The notes beneath the pieces are model-generated. The model was not told where the DNA came from, ran no database searches, and saw only the letters and a program-made list of their open reading frames with translations. The position numbers were made by a program, and so were the translations under genes. From the NCBI GenBank assembly GCA_021323375.2, contig JAJPCT020000026.1, forward strand, positions 8,574-72,573: a stretch of DNA of 64,000 bases. The letters are read 5' to 3'. Origin of the DNA: Candidatus Wolframiiraptor gerlachensis. Lineage in GTDB: Archaea; Thermoproteota; Nitrososphaeria_A; Caldarchaeales; Wolframiiraptoraceae. Positions 20,177 through 30,435 of the stretch are shown here, piece after piece; the stretch's first letter is position 1, and the number at the start of each line of letters is the position of its first letter.

Positions 20177-20839
20177 ATGAATGGTTTAGGCGAGGAAGCC
20201 CTCAGGGAGTTCGCATCCAAGCTCTTATTGGATTTCATCACGCTCATCCCGAAGCTCATCCTCGGGACAATCGTGGTGATAATCGCCTTTCTAGTGCTCA
20301 AGTTCATAGGCGGGGCTATCAAGAAGCTTCTTTCAATCGTGGATCTCGATGGATTCGTGGAGAGGAGCCTCGGCGTGAAGCTCCCAATATCCTTTAACTC
20401 CATCATCCTCTGGATCTTCTATGCTGGAGTTCTCTTGGCATCGCTCTACGGTCTAATTCACATATTCTTGGGGCCGGAGTACCTGAGCCTAGCCAACTCG
20501 GCGCTAATCTACGGCGCTAGGGTGATAAGCGTCATAGTCCTAGCGCTCATCCTCTTCACGGCATTCTCAGCACTGATAGAGAAGATAAGGATCGAGAGCA
20601 GATTGAAGGGATTCCTGCTCTTCATTGCGATGCTCCTCATAACAACGATGCTGATAGATGTAACCGCCTTAAGTGAGCCGGTCAAGGAGGCCCTATACAT
20701 GGGCCTAGCCATTGGGATAGGATTATCCCTTGTGACTTTCTCGATCTGGTTCTTCTTCGGCGAATACTTGGAGAGATTGGTCGAGAGGCCGAGTAGGAGG
20801 AGACAGTCGGAGAGCCCCGAGCGGCAGAACACCAGCTAA
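20177..20839 (+). CDS. Membrane protein with mechanosensitive-channel-associated TM helix (CmpX-like)
   Basis: FITLIPKLI...IKKLL..VDLD N-terminal helix pattern; multiple TMs. Confidence 0.55.
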   Translation: MNGLGEEALREFASKLLLDFITLIPKLILGTIVVIIAFLVLKFIGGAIKKLLSIVDLDGFVERSLGVKLPISFNSIILWIFYAGVLLASLYGLIHIFLGPEYLSLANSALIYGARVISVIVLALILFTAFSALIEKIRIESRLKGFLLFIAMLLITTMLIDVTALSEPVKEALYMGLAIGIGLSLVTFSIWFFFGEYLERLVERPSRRRQSESPERQNTS

Positions 20840-20971
20840 TCCTCCCGAAAATTGGGCTCCATGCGGCTTAGGAAAGAGGCTGGATAAGACTCAAAAGCTA
20901 GTCGTTATATGTCGTTGCTGGGGGATAGCGTGCCTCGTCGAAGCGGCCGAGGGTCTGAGGGTGGCTCGGAG

Positions 20972-21949
20972 ATGCAGGCTGAGAAAAAGATCTATCTCCG
21001 TATAGAGGATCTGCCCTCGGTCGGCGCGGCCACGGCCCAGAAGCTTAGGGAGATAGGCTTCTCGACGATAGAGTCGCTGGCGACGGCGACGATCGCCGAG
21101 CTGGCGGCTGCCGGGATTGGTGAGAAGAGGGCTGCTGAGATAATAGCGGCTGCTAGGGAGGCAATAGAGATAAGCTGGGTGACGGCAAAGCAGCTGGCCG
21201 AGCTTAAGAAGGGTGTTGGGCGGATAACGACCGGCAGCAAGGCCCTCGACAACCTGATCGGCGGAGGAGTTGAAACACAGTCGATAACGGAGTTCTTTGG
21301 GGAGTTTGGGAGCGGTAAATCCCAGCTATGTCACCAGCTAGCTGTTAACGTCCAGCTTCCGCCTGAGAGGGGTGGCTTGAACGGCGCGGCCCTCTACATA
21401 GACACCGAGAACACCTTCAGGATCGAGCGTATAGCCCAGATGGCGAGACACGTGGGGCTCGATCCGGATGAGGCCTGCGAGCGGATAATCTACGCGGAGG
21501 CCTACAATAGCGATCACCAGATTCTACTGCTCGAGAAGGCTGATAGGGTGATCAAGGAGAATAATGTCAGGCTGATAATAATAGACTCGCTCACAGCGCA
21601 TTTCAGGAGCGAGTATGTTGGGAGGCAGAGCCTGCCGGAGAGGCAGCAAAAGCTTAACAAGCATATGCATAAGCTTCTCAGGCTTGCTAGGGCCTTTAAC
21701 GCCGCAGCGGTTGTTACGAACCAGGTGATGGCCAGGCCTGATGAGTTCTTCAGCGCCATGGCCGTGCTCCCGGTGGGAGGTCACATTGTCGGCCACACGA
21801 GCCACACGAGAATATATCTGAGAAAAGCGGCTGGGAAGAATGTTAGGATAGCGAGGCTCGTGGCGAGCCCATATCTCCCGGAGGGCGAGGCGCTCTTCAG
21901 GATAACGGAGAACGGGATAGAGGACTTGGAGGGGGAGGCTGCTGAATGA
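20972..21949 (+). CDS. radA: DNA repair and recombination protein RadA
   Basis: [43 protein letters not shown] and ARLVASP motifs. Confidence 0.97.
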   Translation: MQAEKKIYLRIEDLPSVGAATAQKLREIGFSTIESLATATIAELAAAGIGEKRAAEIIAAAREAIEISWVTAKQLAELKKGVGRITTGSKALDNLIGGGVETQSITEFFGEFGSGKSQLCHQLAVNVQLPPERGGLNGAALYIDTENTFRIERIAQMARHVGLDPDEACERIIYAEAYNSDHQILLLEKADRVIKENNVRLIIIDSLTAHFRSEYVGRQSLPERQQKLNKHMHKLLRLARAFNAAAVVTNQVMARPDEFFSAMAVLPVGGHIVGHTSHTRIYLRKAAGKNVRIARLVASPYLPEGEALFRITENGIEDLEGEAAE

Positions 21950-22359
21950 GCCAGCAGGCTGGTAGAGCCGTGAAAAACTTCTTCACACTACTCTTCTCGG
22001 GCAAGATAAGCAAGGCCGAGGAGTCCCTTAGCAGGCTGGAGAAAAAGCTCGGCAATAATGGCTACTACAAGGCTCTTTACGGGATATACTACGCCTATAT
22101 CACCGATGACCGGGACTCCTTCATATTCCAGCTCTGGAAAAGATACCTCGGCGGCGAGGATAAGGCCAACCTCAAGAAGATATTCACAGATCTACTCAAG
22201 GAGGCTTATGATCCACCCAAAGACTTCATACAGGCTTGGATCGACCTAATAGATATGATAGATTCGCTTCCAGTACCGCATAAGCTTTCTAAAGAGCAGG
22301 CAGCATTAGAAAGCGTGGAGGAGGGCGAGGTAGAGGCGGAGGCCGAGCAGGAATCCTAG
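21946..22359 (+). CDS. Hypothetical protein translationally coupled to radA
   Basis: ATGA overlap with the radA stop; 137 aa. Confidence 0.7.
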   Translation: MSQQAGRAVKNFFTLLFSGKISKAEESLSRLEKKLGNNGYYKALYGIYYAYITDDRDSFIFQLWKRYLGGEDKANLKKIFTDLLKEAYDPPKDFIQAWIDLIDMIDSLPVPHKLSKEQAALESVEEGEVEAEAEQES

Positions 22360-22368
22360 AAGGAAGCC

Positions 22369-24378
22369 CTACTCCAGCCCGAATTGCTTAATGATTCTAT
22401 CGGCGATGGCCTCAGGGGTGAAGCCGAAGTCCTTTATCAAGTCTTTATAGGGCGCTGACTTCCCAAACCTCTCTATGCTTATCACGAGGCCATCCTCCCC
22501 GACATACTTGTACCAGCAGAGCCCCACTCCAGCCTCTATCGCGACTCTTCGCTTAATGTGTCTTGGAATGACGCTTCTCTTATAATCCTCATCTTGGAGT
22601 TCGAAGACCTCGAATGATGCCATGTTGACAACCCTTACCCTGAGTCCCCGGCTCTCAAGTATCTTCTTTGCATCGAGGGCTACGTGCACCTCGGAGCCCG
22701 AGGCTATGATGAGGAGATCGGGCTCGCCATCCCTTGCATCCGCCAAGACATATGCTCCCCTCCTTATGCTCTCGGCCGGCGGGTATATGCTCCTATCAAG
22801 GGTTGGGACCTTCTGCCTAGTGAGAATTATGGCGGTGGGGCCATCTTTCCGGCTTATCGCCATATCCCACGCGACCGCAACTTCATTCGCATCACATGGT
22901 CTAATGACCCACATGTTTGGTATGAGCCTGAGGGATGAAAGCTGCTCCACGGGCTGATGCGTGGGCCCATCCTCCCCAACCCAGACAGAGTCATGAGTAA
23001 ATACGTAGATAACCTGTAGCCTAGCCATCGCCGCGAGCCTGATCGGCGGTCTCATATAATCCGAGAAGACGAGGAATGTTCCACCGTATGGCAAGATCCC
23101 GCCATGATACGCCATGCCATTCATTATGGCCCCCATCGCATGCTCCCTGACGCCATAGTGTATGAACCTGCCAAGAGGATTATCGGCCTGAAAGCTACCA
23201 TAATCATGGAGATATGTGCCAGTTGACTCCGCGAGATCCGCGGACCCCCCGATCATCAGGGGCAGATACTTCGCAATCGCGTTGATCACCTTATTATTCG
23301 CCTGCCGGGTGGCGAGCTCCTCATCCTTACTAAAGGTGGGTAGATGCTTCCTATACTCGGTGCCCCAATCCCTGTTAAACGCCCTTATTAGGAGGTCGGC
23401 GAGCTCCGGATAATTCTCGCGATACTTCTCGAAGAGCTTCCTCCACTCAGCCTCCCTCCGCTCACCCTCCTCGATCTTCCTCCTCCTATATTCCCAAACC
23501 TCCTCGGGTACATAGAATTCCTCCAGCGGCCATCCAGCCCTCTTCTTAACCTCCATCACGACCTCCTTTCCGAGTGGAGCACCATGCGCCCTGCAATCAT
23601 CCTGCATAGGAGTCCCATAGGCTAGATGCGTCCTCACGGCTATGAATGAGGGCCTAGACGTCTCCTCCCTCGCCCTTCTCAAGGCCTTCTCAAGCGCGTC
23701 AAGATCATACCCATCCTCAATACTCTGGACATGCCAGCCAAATGCCTCAAACCTCTCCACAACATTCTCGGACCATGCAAGCGACGTCGGCCCATCTATC
23801 GAGACCCTGTTATTATCCCATATGACGATTAGCTTATTGAGCTTTAAGTGGCCGGCGAGAGCACCTACCTCGCTTGACACTCCCTCCATAAGATCGCCAT
23901 CACTACATACCACGTAGGTGTAATGGTCAATTATATTGAAACCCTTTCTATTGAAGTAGCTTGAGAGATATTTCTCAGCGATCGCCATTCCAACTGAGTT
24001 CCCGAGACCCTGACCAAGAGGCCCCGTAGTGGTCTCGACGCCCGGCGTCAGCCAGCTCTCCGGATGACCCGGCGTTATGCTATCAAGCTGCCTAAACCTC
24101 TTAAGATCATCAAGCGTTATATCATACCCGTTAACGAAGAGTGTCGCATATAGCATAGCGCTAGCATGTCCCGCGGAGAGGACAAACCTGTCCCTATCAA
24201 TCCACTTCGGGTTCTTGGGATTGAACTTCAGAAACCTGCTGAAGATTAGATGCGCTATATGTGCTGCTCCTAGGGGCATTCCGGGATGACCAGATTTTGC
24301 GCGTTCAATCTGATCAAGGCTGAGAAACCTGATGGTATTTATGATAACCTCGTCAAGGGATCTTTCACTCATCTTCAC
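22369..24378 (-). CDS. tkt: Transketolase (full-length, single polypeptide)
   Basis: SGHPGMP, RDRFVLSAGH, GDLMEG, GVREHAM and GEDGPTHQP motifs. Confidence 0.96.
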   Translation of the reverse strand: MKMSERSLDEVIINTIRFLSLDQIERAKSGHPGMPLGAAHIAHLIFSRFLKFNPKNPKWIDRDRFVLSAGHASAMLYATLFVNGYDITLDDLKRFRQLDSITPGHPESWLTPGVETTTGPLGQGLGNSVGMAIAEKYLSSYFNRKGFNIIDHYTYVVCSDGDLMEGVSSEVGALAGHLKLNKLIVIWDNNRVSIDGPTSLAWSENVVERFEAFGWHVQSIEDGYDLDALEKALRRAREETSRPSFIAVRTHLAYGTPMQDDCRAHGAPLGKEVVMEVKKRAGWPLEEFYVPEEVWEYRRRKIEEGERREAEWRKLFEKYRENYPELADLLIRAFNRDWGTEYRKHLPTFSKDEELATRQANNKVINAIAKYLPLMIGGSADLAESTGTYLHDYGSFQADNPLGRFIHYGVREHAMGAIMNGMAYHGGILPYGGTFLVFSDYMRPPIRLAAMARLQVIYVFTHDSVWVGEDGPTHQPVEQLSSLRLIPNMWVIRPCDANEVAVAWDMAISRKDGPTAIILTRQKVPTLDRSIYPPAESIRRGAYVLADARDGEPDLLIIASGSEVHVALDAKKILESRGLRVRVVNMASFEVFELQDEDYKRSVIPRHIKRRVAIEAGVGLCWYKYVGEDGLVISIERFGKSAPYKDLIKDFGFTPEAIADRIIKQFGLE

Positions 24379-24428
24379 GTGACGATGAGAGTCTTCCTAT
24401 TAAATTTAAGCCCAGTTATTGATGCTGA

Positions 24429-24728
24429 TCAAAGTATGTTGAAGACGATTATCAGGCTGATGATCCACATAGCCCCGTAGGCGGTTGCCCCGCTCAAGTA
24501 TAGTCTCCTCCCGAGCATCATCCTCTGCTCTTGGGGCAATATTATCCTAAGTATTATCGCTGAAAGTATGTAGACGGCGATGGCGAGCGTTATCCCGAGG
24601 AATATGGTCGGCTCATACAACCTCAGGAGAGCTGTTAATGAGCCCATCATCACACCGCCAATGAACCTAGCCCAGTAAAGCTTGTCCTCGAGCTTCAAGA
24701 CCGTGTCACCTTGAATCCGGAAAGCCAA
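24429..24728 (-). CDS. Small 3-TM protein, EMC6/Rab5ip-like
   Basis: KLYWAR..GG..G, three TM helices and C-terminal LYLSGATAY..MWIISLIIVFNI resembling the EMC6/Rab5ip pattern. Confidence 0.55.
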   Translation of the reverse strand: MAFRIQGDTVLKLEDKLYWARFIGGVMMGSLTALLRLYEPTIFLGITLAIAVYILSAIILRIILPQEQRMMLGRRLYLSGATAYGAMWIISLIIVFNIL

Positions 24729-24796
24729 GATCTCTTAATATTTGCGGGCAACACTTGTTAATAAAAGGATTCGTCTAGAATGATGGGGCTGGAGAG

Positions 24797-26749
24797 TTGG
24801 TGAGAGGATTGGAGCCTGCATCATATTTTGAGCTCAGGAGGGCTCTTAGGGAGATCTCGGGCCTAATAGTTGGAGCTAGGATTCTCAAGCTCTATCACAT
24901 GGATGATGGATCGATTATTCTCAAGCTTAGGTCTGAGAGTTTTTCTGGGGAACTTAGGATAGTGCCGGGCCTATTCTTCTACTTTGTTCATGGTGGCTAT
25001 GAGAAGCCCATTGAGCTTTCGCAGGTTGGTAAGATGATGAGGAGCCTGATTGAGGGCATGAGGATAAGTGGAGCTAGCTTGGTCGAGGGTGAGAGAATTC
25101 TGATAATGGAGCTGGAGGGCAGGCAGAGGCTCAATATGATCTGCGAGTTCCTCCCAAAGGGGACTATCGTGGTCTCGGATGAGGCTGGCAGGATACTTGC
25201 ATGCCTTCAGAGGCTGGAGATGCGGGATAGGCGGATAGCTCCCGGGGAGCGGTATATTCTCCCACCACTCAAGCCGGCGCCCTCGCTCGAGACCTTGAAA
25301 GAGGTTTTGGAGAGGCGGCATGCGCCAGAGAAGAAGATCGTATCCATCCTCGCCTCGGAGGCCGGGCTTGGTGGAAGATATGCCGAGGAGATATTACAGC
25401 TCGCTGGGATCAGTCGCTCGAGAAAGATTAGCGAGCTTAGCGCGGAGGAGGTCTCTAGGATATTGGAGGTAGCACGAGAGGTCTTCGCGATGATTGATAA
25501 TGGCCAGCCAGTTGTAGCCTTCTCCCCCGATGGCGTGGTCCAGCCGCTACCATACCCCATGAAGATCTATGAGTCTAGAGGCTGGAGATTTGAAAGGGTT
25601 GAAAGCCTGAATGACGCCTTCAGGATCGCATATGAGCATTACCTGGCCAGCATGCTCGAGCAGGAAAAGAGGAGGGTTTTGGAGGAGAAGCTTAGGGATC
25701 TCGAGAAGAGGATTGGGGAGAGGCGAGCTAAAGCTGATGAGCTCTCGGCTCGGGCAATAGGGTTAAGGAGGATTGCTGAGAAGCTCTTTCAAGCATCGGG
25801 CCAAATCGAATCCCTAAAGCATGTGCCGGGGAAACATGATATTGATGGGATGAGGATAAGCGTTGATGAAAGGAGCAGGAAGATGCTTGTCTCCGATGAT
25901 GGCGTCGAGGTCGAACTGAGTCCAGATGAGCCGATTATGAGGCAGGTCTCACGGATATTCGATGAGGCCAAGAAGGTGATGAGCGCGGCGGAGAAGCTGA
26001 GGGCGGAGGCCGATGAGCTTGAGAAGCGCGTTGAAAAGCTTAGGGAGTTAATGAGGAAGTCTGCTGAGGAGCTGCTGCTTAGGGTGTCTGCGAGGATTAA
26101 GCCTAGCAGGGCCAAGTGGTATGAGAGGTATAGGTGGTTCATCACGTCCGAGGGCTTCCTTGCAGTGGCTGGTAAGGATGCATCAAGCAACATAGCCCTC
26201 CTGAAGAAGCACTTGGAGCCCGATGACCTGGTTTTTCACGCGGAGGTTAGGGGGGCCGCGGCGGTCATCCTGAAGAATGGAAGATCATCCAGCGAGCAGT
26301 CGAGGATAGAGGCAGCGCAGTTCGCCGCGGTCTATAGCAGGGCATGGAAAGAGGGTTTGAGAACGATGACGGTCTATTATGTCGAGCCGGACCAGATATC
26401 CTTTGAGCCGCCGTCGGGCCATTACCTCCCGAGAGGAGGCTTCATCATAAAGGGCGAGAGACATTATATTCAAACAAGGCTTGAGCTGGCAATAGGGATC
26501 ACGGAGGATCTCGAGCTAGTATATGGCCCGCCAACAGCCGTGGCCGAGAGAGCCAAATCATATGTGAAGCTCGAGCCGGGGAGTAAACATGCAGACGAGC
26601 TCGCGGACATGATCCTCAAAAAACTCCTCCCAGGCGTCGAGCTGGACTTAAAAACAATAAGGGATCTAAAGGAGCAGATAAAGGAGATAATACCATATGG
26701 AAGAGGAAATCTAGTTGAGGCCGTCGAAGAGCTGGGAATTAAGAAATGA
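24797..26749 (+). CDS. rqcH: Ribosome quality control factor Rqc2/NEMF (RqcH)
   Basis: NFACT-N (ERIL), HhH (GLGGRYAEEI), coiled coil, KWYERYRWF, GKDASSN, FHAEVRGA and GGFIIKG. Confidence 0.9.
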   Translation: MVRGLEPASYFELRRALREISGLIVGARILKLYHMDDGSIILKLRSESFSGELRIVPGLFFYFVHGGYEKPIELSQVGKMMRSLIEGMRISGASLVEGERILIMELEGRQRLNMICEFLPKGTIVVSDEAGRILACLQRLEMRDRRIAPGERYILPPLKPAPSLETLKEVLERRHAPEKKIVSILASEAGLGGRYAEEILQLAGISRSRKISELSAEEVSRILEVAREVFAMIDNGQPVVAFSPDGVVQPLPYPMKIYESRGWRFERVESLNDAFRIAYEHYLASMLEQEKRRVLEEKLRDLEKRIGERRAKADELSARAIGLRRIAEKLFQASGQIESLKHVPGKHDIDGMRISVDERSRKMLVSDDGVEVELSPDEPIMRQVSRIFDEAKKVMSAAEKLRAEADELEKRVEKLRELMRKSAEELLLRVSARIKPSRAKWYERYRWFITSEGFLAVAGKDASSNIALLKKHLEPDDLVFHAEVRGAAAVILKNGRSSSEQSRIEAAQFAAVYSRAWKEGLRTMTVYYVEPDQISFEPPSGHYLPRGGFIIKGERHYIQTRLELAIGITEDLELVYGPPTAVAERAKSYVKLEPGSKHADELADMILKKLLPGVELDLKTIRDLKEQIKEIIPYGRGNLVEAVEELGIKK

Positions 26750-26771
26750 TGTTCACAGAGCGCATGAAGTC

Positions 26772-27392
26772 TCAGGGATGGGCTAGAGCTTCCTCAAGCT
26801 CCCTCAATTTATCTTCTGTGACAAATACCGGCAGTTCTCCTAGGTAGATTAGGTCATCTCGATACCATGGCCCCTCTACCCATATTGCCGCCTTGCATAT
26901 CGGTCTTCCCCCAGCTCTCTTAACAAGCTTTTCCAGCGCGTTTATTGTTCCACCCGTTGAGACGACATCATCGAGTATACAGACCCTCTTGCCAGAGACC
27001 TCCTTGACATCTTCCTTGGTTAACACCATTATCTGCCTCTCCCTCGTGGTTATAGACTTAACCTCCTCAATGAGATAATCCATCATGTATGCTTTGATGC
27101 TTTTCCTAGCCACGACAAGCCTCTTATGGGCTAGCGATTTCGCGACCTCATATGCGAAGGCTATGGCCTTAGCCTCCGGGGTAACTATGATGTCGGGCCC
27201 CAACGGCTTTAGCCTCTCCGCAATAGCCCTCGCCGCCGCCGAGATGAACTCTATATCGCCGAAAATTATCCCACCGTTAGAGGCTATCCATAAGCCCTCA
27301 TCAACCTGAACTAGGGGCAGATGCCTGACGACGCCAGCCACACAAACCCTATGAGATTCCTGGCCCCTGTATAGCTCAACGCGCTCAAGCAT
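26772..27392 (-). CDS. Adenine/purine phosphoribosyltransferase family protein
   Basis: TPEAKAI, VVARKS and ILDDVVSTGGT PRPP-binding loop. Confidence 0.88.
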   Translation of the reverse strand: MLERVELYRGQESHRVCVAGVVRHLPLVQVDEGLWIASNGGIIFGDIEFISAAARAIAERLKPLGPDIIVTPEAKAIAFAYEVAKSLAHKRLVVARKSIKAYMMDYLIEEVKSITTRERQIMVLTKEDVKEVSGKRVCILDDVVSTGGTINALEKLVKRAGGRPICKAAIWVEGPWYRDDLIYLGELPVFVTEDKLRELEEALAHP

Positions 27393-27393
27393 C

Positions 27394-28116
27394 TTAGATC
27401 ACCGCAAACAAGTAATGGAGAATTGCTAGGGTCAAGGCCGATATGAAGCCCACAATTACGACGAGGTCCAAGATCTTGAGTTCTCGACCCAGCGACCTCT
27501 TTCTATTGAGCGAAAATGCTCTGAGCTCCATCGCTAGGGTAAGCCTCTCCGCATTCTCAATACTTCTGACGAATAGGGGGATCAAAACAGGAACATAGTT
27601 CTTAATTCTCCTAAATAGCGAGCCCTTGTCCAGCTCGAGCCCTCTTGATGACTGTGCCTCCTTGATGGCTTTATAGTCCTCAGCTATGGTGTGTAGGTGC
27701 CTCATCGTAAGGCCCAGCACGAAGACCGCCTTATATGGAAGCCTGAAGGAGTTCAGTGCATTAACAAGATCCCTCATACCAATTGTCGCGATAAATCCCA
27801 GTGAGGTCAATAATATCAGAAACAGCCTCAGGCTCATGAATACGCCGAGCTGTAGGTTGATGCCGCTCTCATGGCGCTGGAATAGAGACCATTCATGCAT
27901 GAATGACCATAATAGAAACGCGATTATGAGGAGGGGGGTCATGCCCTTTAAGCCCCTCATTATGAAACCTCGTCTATCGCTGAGGAGCAGCGCAGCCATA
28001 ATAGCCGCTGCTAAGGCGGCGATCACGAGAAGATCCTTGCTTATAAAGGCCAGTGCAATAACCGAGGAAAAGGCGATAATCTTTGTTCTCGGATCGAGAT
28101 CGAGGTCGACCATCAC
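27394..28116 (-). CDS. ECF transporter transmembrane component EcfT
   Basis: LDPRTKI, AQSSRG and AMELRAF motifs. Confidence 0.9.
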   Translation of the reverse strand: MMVDLDLDPRTKIIAFSSVIALAFISKDLLVIAALAAAIMAALLLSDRRGFIMRGLKGMTPLLIIAFLLWSFMHEWSLFQRHESGINLQLGVFMSLRLFLILLTSLGFIATIGMRDLVNALNSFRLPYKAVFVLGLTMRHLHTIAEDYKAIKEAQSSRGLELDKGSLFRRIKNYVPVLIPLFVRSIENAERLTLAMELRAFSLNRKRSLGRELKILDLVVIVGFISALTLAILHYLFAVI

Positions 28117-29591
28117 GTCACCACCTCCGCGAGCTCTAAGAGCTCAGCCGGAGGTTCCAGCCCTAGCTCCTCGACAATAAGCCGATTTAAGAGGATCTCC
28201 CGAGGGGATCCATCAGCCGCTATGGTGCCATCTTTCATCACTATTACTCTGTCGCTTACACTTAACGCGAAGTCGCTATCATGTGTTACCACGATTATTG
28301 TTTTGCCCATAGACTTTAGGCGGTTTATCATTGATGAGATTATCGCCAGCGTTCTTTCATCCTGTCCCGTTGTGGGCTCATCGAGTATCAGGATCTCAGG
28401 ATCCATCGCGAGAGCTCCCGCTATTGATAGCCTAATCTTCTCGCCCATGCTGAGGAGATATGGTGGATCATCCTTGCGATCAATAAGGCCGAGATCCCTA
28501 AGCGCGTCCTCCGCATATTTCTCGCTTAAGCCTAGGTTCCTCGCCCCGAATACAACCTCATCCCAAACAGTCTCGCATGTTATATGCTTGTCCGGATCCT
28601 GAAAAACCATGCCCACAGACCTCGATAGCTGCGCGGTGCTATACCTCCTAGTATCTTTGCCTAGAATGATAACCCTCCCCTTAACCGGCTTGAGCAGACC
28701 ATTAATATGCTTGACCAGAGTTGTTTTACCGGAGCCATTTGGCCCCATTAAAGCCACACACTGGCCCCTGAAAATCTCCAAATCAATTTCTCTCAGCGTG
28801 TAATTCTTCTCCTTAGAGTATCTGAACCAAACATTCTCAAACGTTATTACGGGATCGCTTCCATAGGAGGGTGATGGGGATGGAACATTCTCGCGTAGTT
28901 CCACTTCAGGCTTTATCGGCATGCTTTCTCCACTTAGGGATATTATCCTGTCAATGGAGTTTTCCAGCCCCTTGAGCCTTCTAGTCATCACGATTAGGCC
29001 CTTGCCATCCATCTTCAACATGTTAATCGTTTTAGCGAGCTCCATGATTCCTCCCCAGTCTAGATTAGCAGTCGGTTCATCCATTACCAAGTATTTCGGG
29101 GCCGTGATTATCGCGGATGCTATTGCAAGCCTCTGCTTGAGTCCGCCTGATAGCTCATGGACATAATATGTCCTATAATTCATTAGGCTGAACTTCTCCA
29201 GCGCCCACCTAACTTTCGCCTCTATCTCGCGATCATCTAGACCGAGGTTTTCTAGACTGAAGGCCAAGTCCTCCTCCACCGTGAGGCCGAAGATCTGCAT
29301 CTCATAGTTTTGCATAACGATGTTTATCAGCCTCACGTTCTCTTGAATCTTTGATGCGAGTACATTCTTATCATCAACTATGACTCTTCCCTCAACCTCA
29401 GCTTTTATCCTGTTTGGTATTATGCCGACTAGGCAGTATGCCAGCGTCGTTTTGCCTGAACCGCTTGGGCCAACGATCGCGACGGCCTCTCTGGGCTTTA
29501 CCTCAAAGCTTAAGTTCCTGAAGATCCAGTCCTTATCATATCTGCATCCGAGATTCTCAACTCTAAGCCCGTCTTTGCCTATAGCCTCCAT
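28113..29591 (-). CDS. ECF transporter fused double ATPase (EcfA-EcfA')
   Basis: Two Walker A (GPSGSGKTT, GPNGSGKTT), LSGG/LSMG and DEPT motifs. Confidence 0.92.
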   Translation of the reverse strand: MEAIGKDGLRVENLGCRYDKDWIFRNLSFEVKPREAVAIVGPSGSGKTTLAYCLVGIIPNRIKAEVEGRVIVDDKNVLASKIQENVRLINIVMQNYEMQIFGLTVEEDLAFSLENLGLDDREIEAKVRWALEKFSLMNYRTYYVHELSGGLKQRLAIASAIITAPKYLVMDEPTANLDWGGIMELAKTINMLKMDGKGLIVMTRRLKGLENSIDRIISLSGESMPIKPEVELRENVPSPSPSYGSDPVITFENVWFRYSKEKNYTLREIDLEIFRGQCVALMGPNGSGKTTLVKHINGLLKPVKGRVIILGKDTRRYSTAQLSRSVGMVFQDPDKHITCETVWDEVVFGARNLGLSEKYAEDALRDLGLIDRKDDPPYLLSMGEKIRLSIAGALAMDPEILILDEPTTGQDERTLAIISSMINRLKSMGKTIIVVTHDSDFALSVSDRVIVMKDGTIAADGSPREILLNRLIVEELGLEPPAELLELAEVVT

Positions 29592-30142
29592 TTTAGAAGC
29601 CTCCTCCTAAGCAGCGGCGGGACTACAGCTTTTACGACTATTGGTGTTCCAATAAGGATCGGCGGTAGATCGCTTAATGCTAGGAACATTATAGCTGGCC
29701 CGAAGGGCGCTACCCCAACCCAGTCAAAGCCTATGGCGACTATCGGCACCATGATTATGCCCGAGATAAATGAGATGATCATGATCTTGAGGAGACCTTT
29801 CGAGCTTAGAGAATCTTCGGGCTTGCAGAAGAGCCCTGGGATTAGCCCAGTCAAACCGACGCCAATTAAGTCGAATATTGGTGTGGCTGGGTTAAAGTAT
29901 CCGCCTAGGACGGCCCATAACGTGTTGCCCAGCGCGCCCGCGAGGAATCCTATCACAGGGCCGAAGAGAACTCCAAAGACGCATGGGAGGAATGCCAAGA
30001 CCCTCCAGTGAATAGCGCCTGGGATTAGAGGTATTGGTGCTGTTAGGAGGAAGCCCACACCAGTCACCGCTGCAGCCATAACAGTATAGGCTATGGCTGT
30101 CAGGGCATCAGGCCGAGAATATCTTATCGCTTCACTGCTCAT
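29579..30142 (-). CDS. ECF transporter S component
   Basis: GVLFGPVIGFLAGALG motif; about 6 TMs; first gene of the ECF operon. Confidence 0.85.
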   Translation of the reverse strand: MSSEAIRYSRPDALTAIAYTVMAAAVTGVGFLLTAPIPLIPGAIHWRVLAFLPCVFGVLFGPVIGFLAGALGNTLWAVLGGYFNPATPIFDLIGVGLTGLIPGLFCKPEDSLSSKGLLKIMIISFISGIIMVPIVAIGFDWVGVAPFGPAIMFLALSDLPPILIGTPIVVKAVVPPLLRRRLLKWRL

Positions 30143-30154
30143 GGCGAATGATCC

Positions 30155-30218
30155 TTTACACGAAAATATAAAAATTCTGAGCATTTAGACATACAATTTA
30201 CACGATAATGTATAAATT
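30155..30218. promoter_or_regulatory. Tandem 22-bp operator-like repeats overlapping the ECF operon promoter
   Basis: TTTACACGAAAATATAAAAATT (30155-30176) and TTTACACGATAATGTATAAATT (30197-30218) are 19/22 identical. The second lies in the palindrome AATTTACAC-N6-GTATAAATT. Confidence 0.6.
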
Positions 30219-30435
30219 CCCTTATAAGCTGATGAATCAATGGTCAGCACCTGTATACTCTTGCGAGGAAACGTAAACTAGCCTCGAACATCTTCCATAC
30301 GCTCATTCTGAGAGCAATATTGTTGAGCTACTTGCGAAATATGGCGTTCTGAGTATGTGTGGGGGCTCTGTATCCTAGATGCTTTAAACATTTAAGAGTA
30401 TCCGGCTATATGGTTATGTGGCAGTGGAGTAGGGC

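Noticed and set aside
30229-30311. Possible box C/D sRNA (CTGATGA ... CTGA)
   Set aside because: The spacing is too long, with no clear C'/D' boxes or terminal stem.
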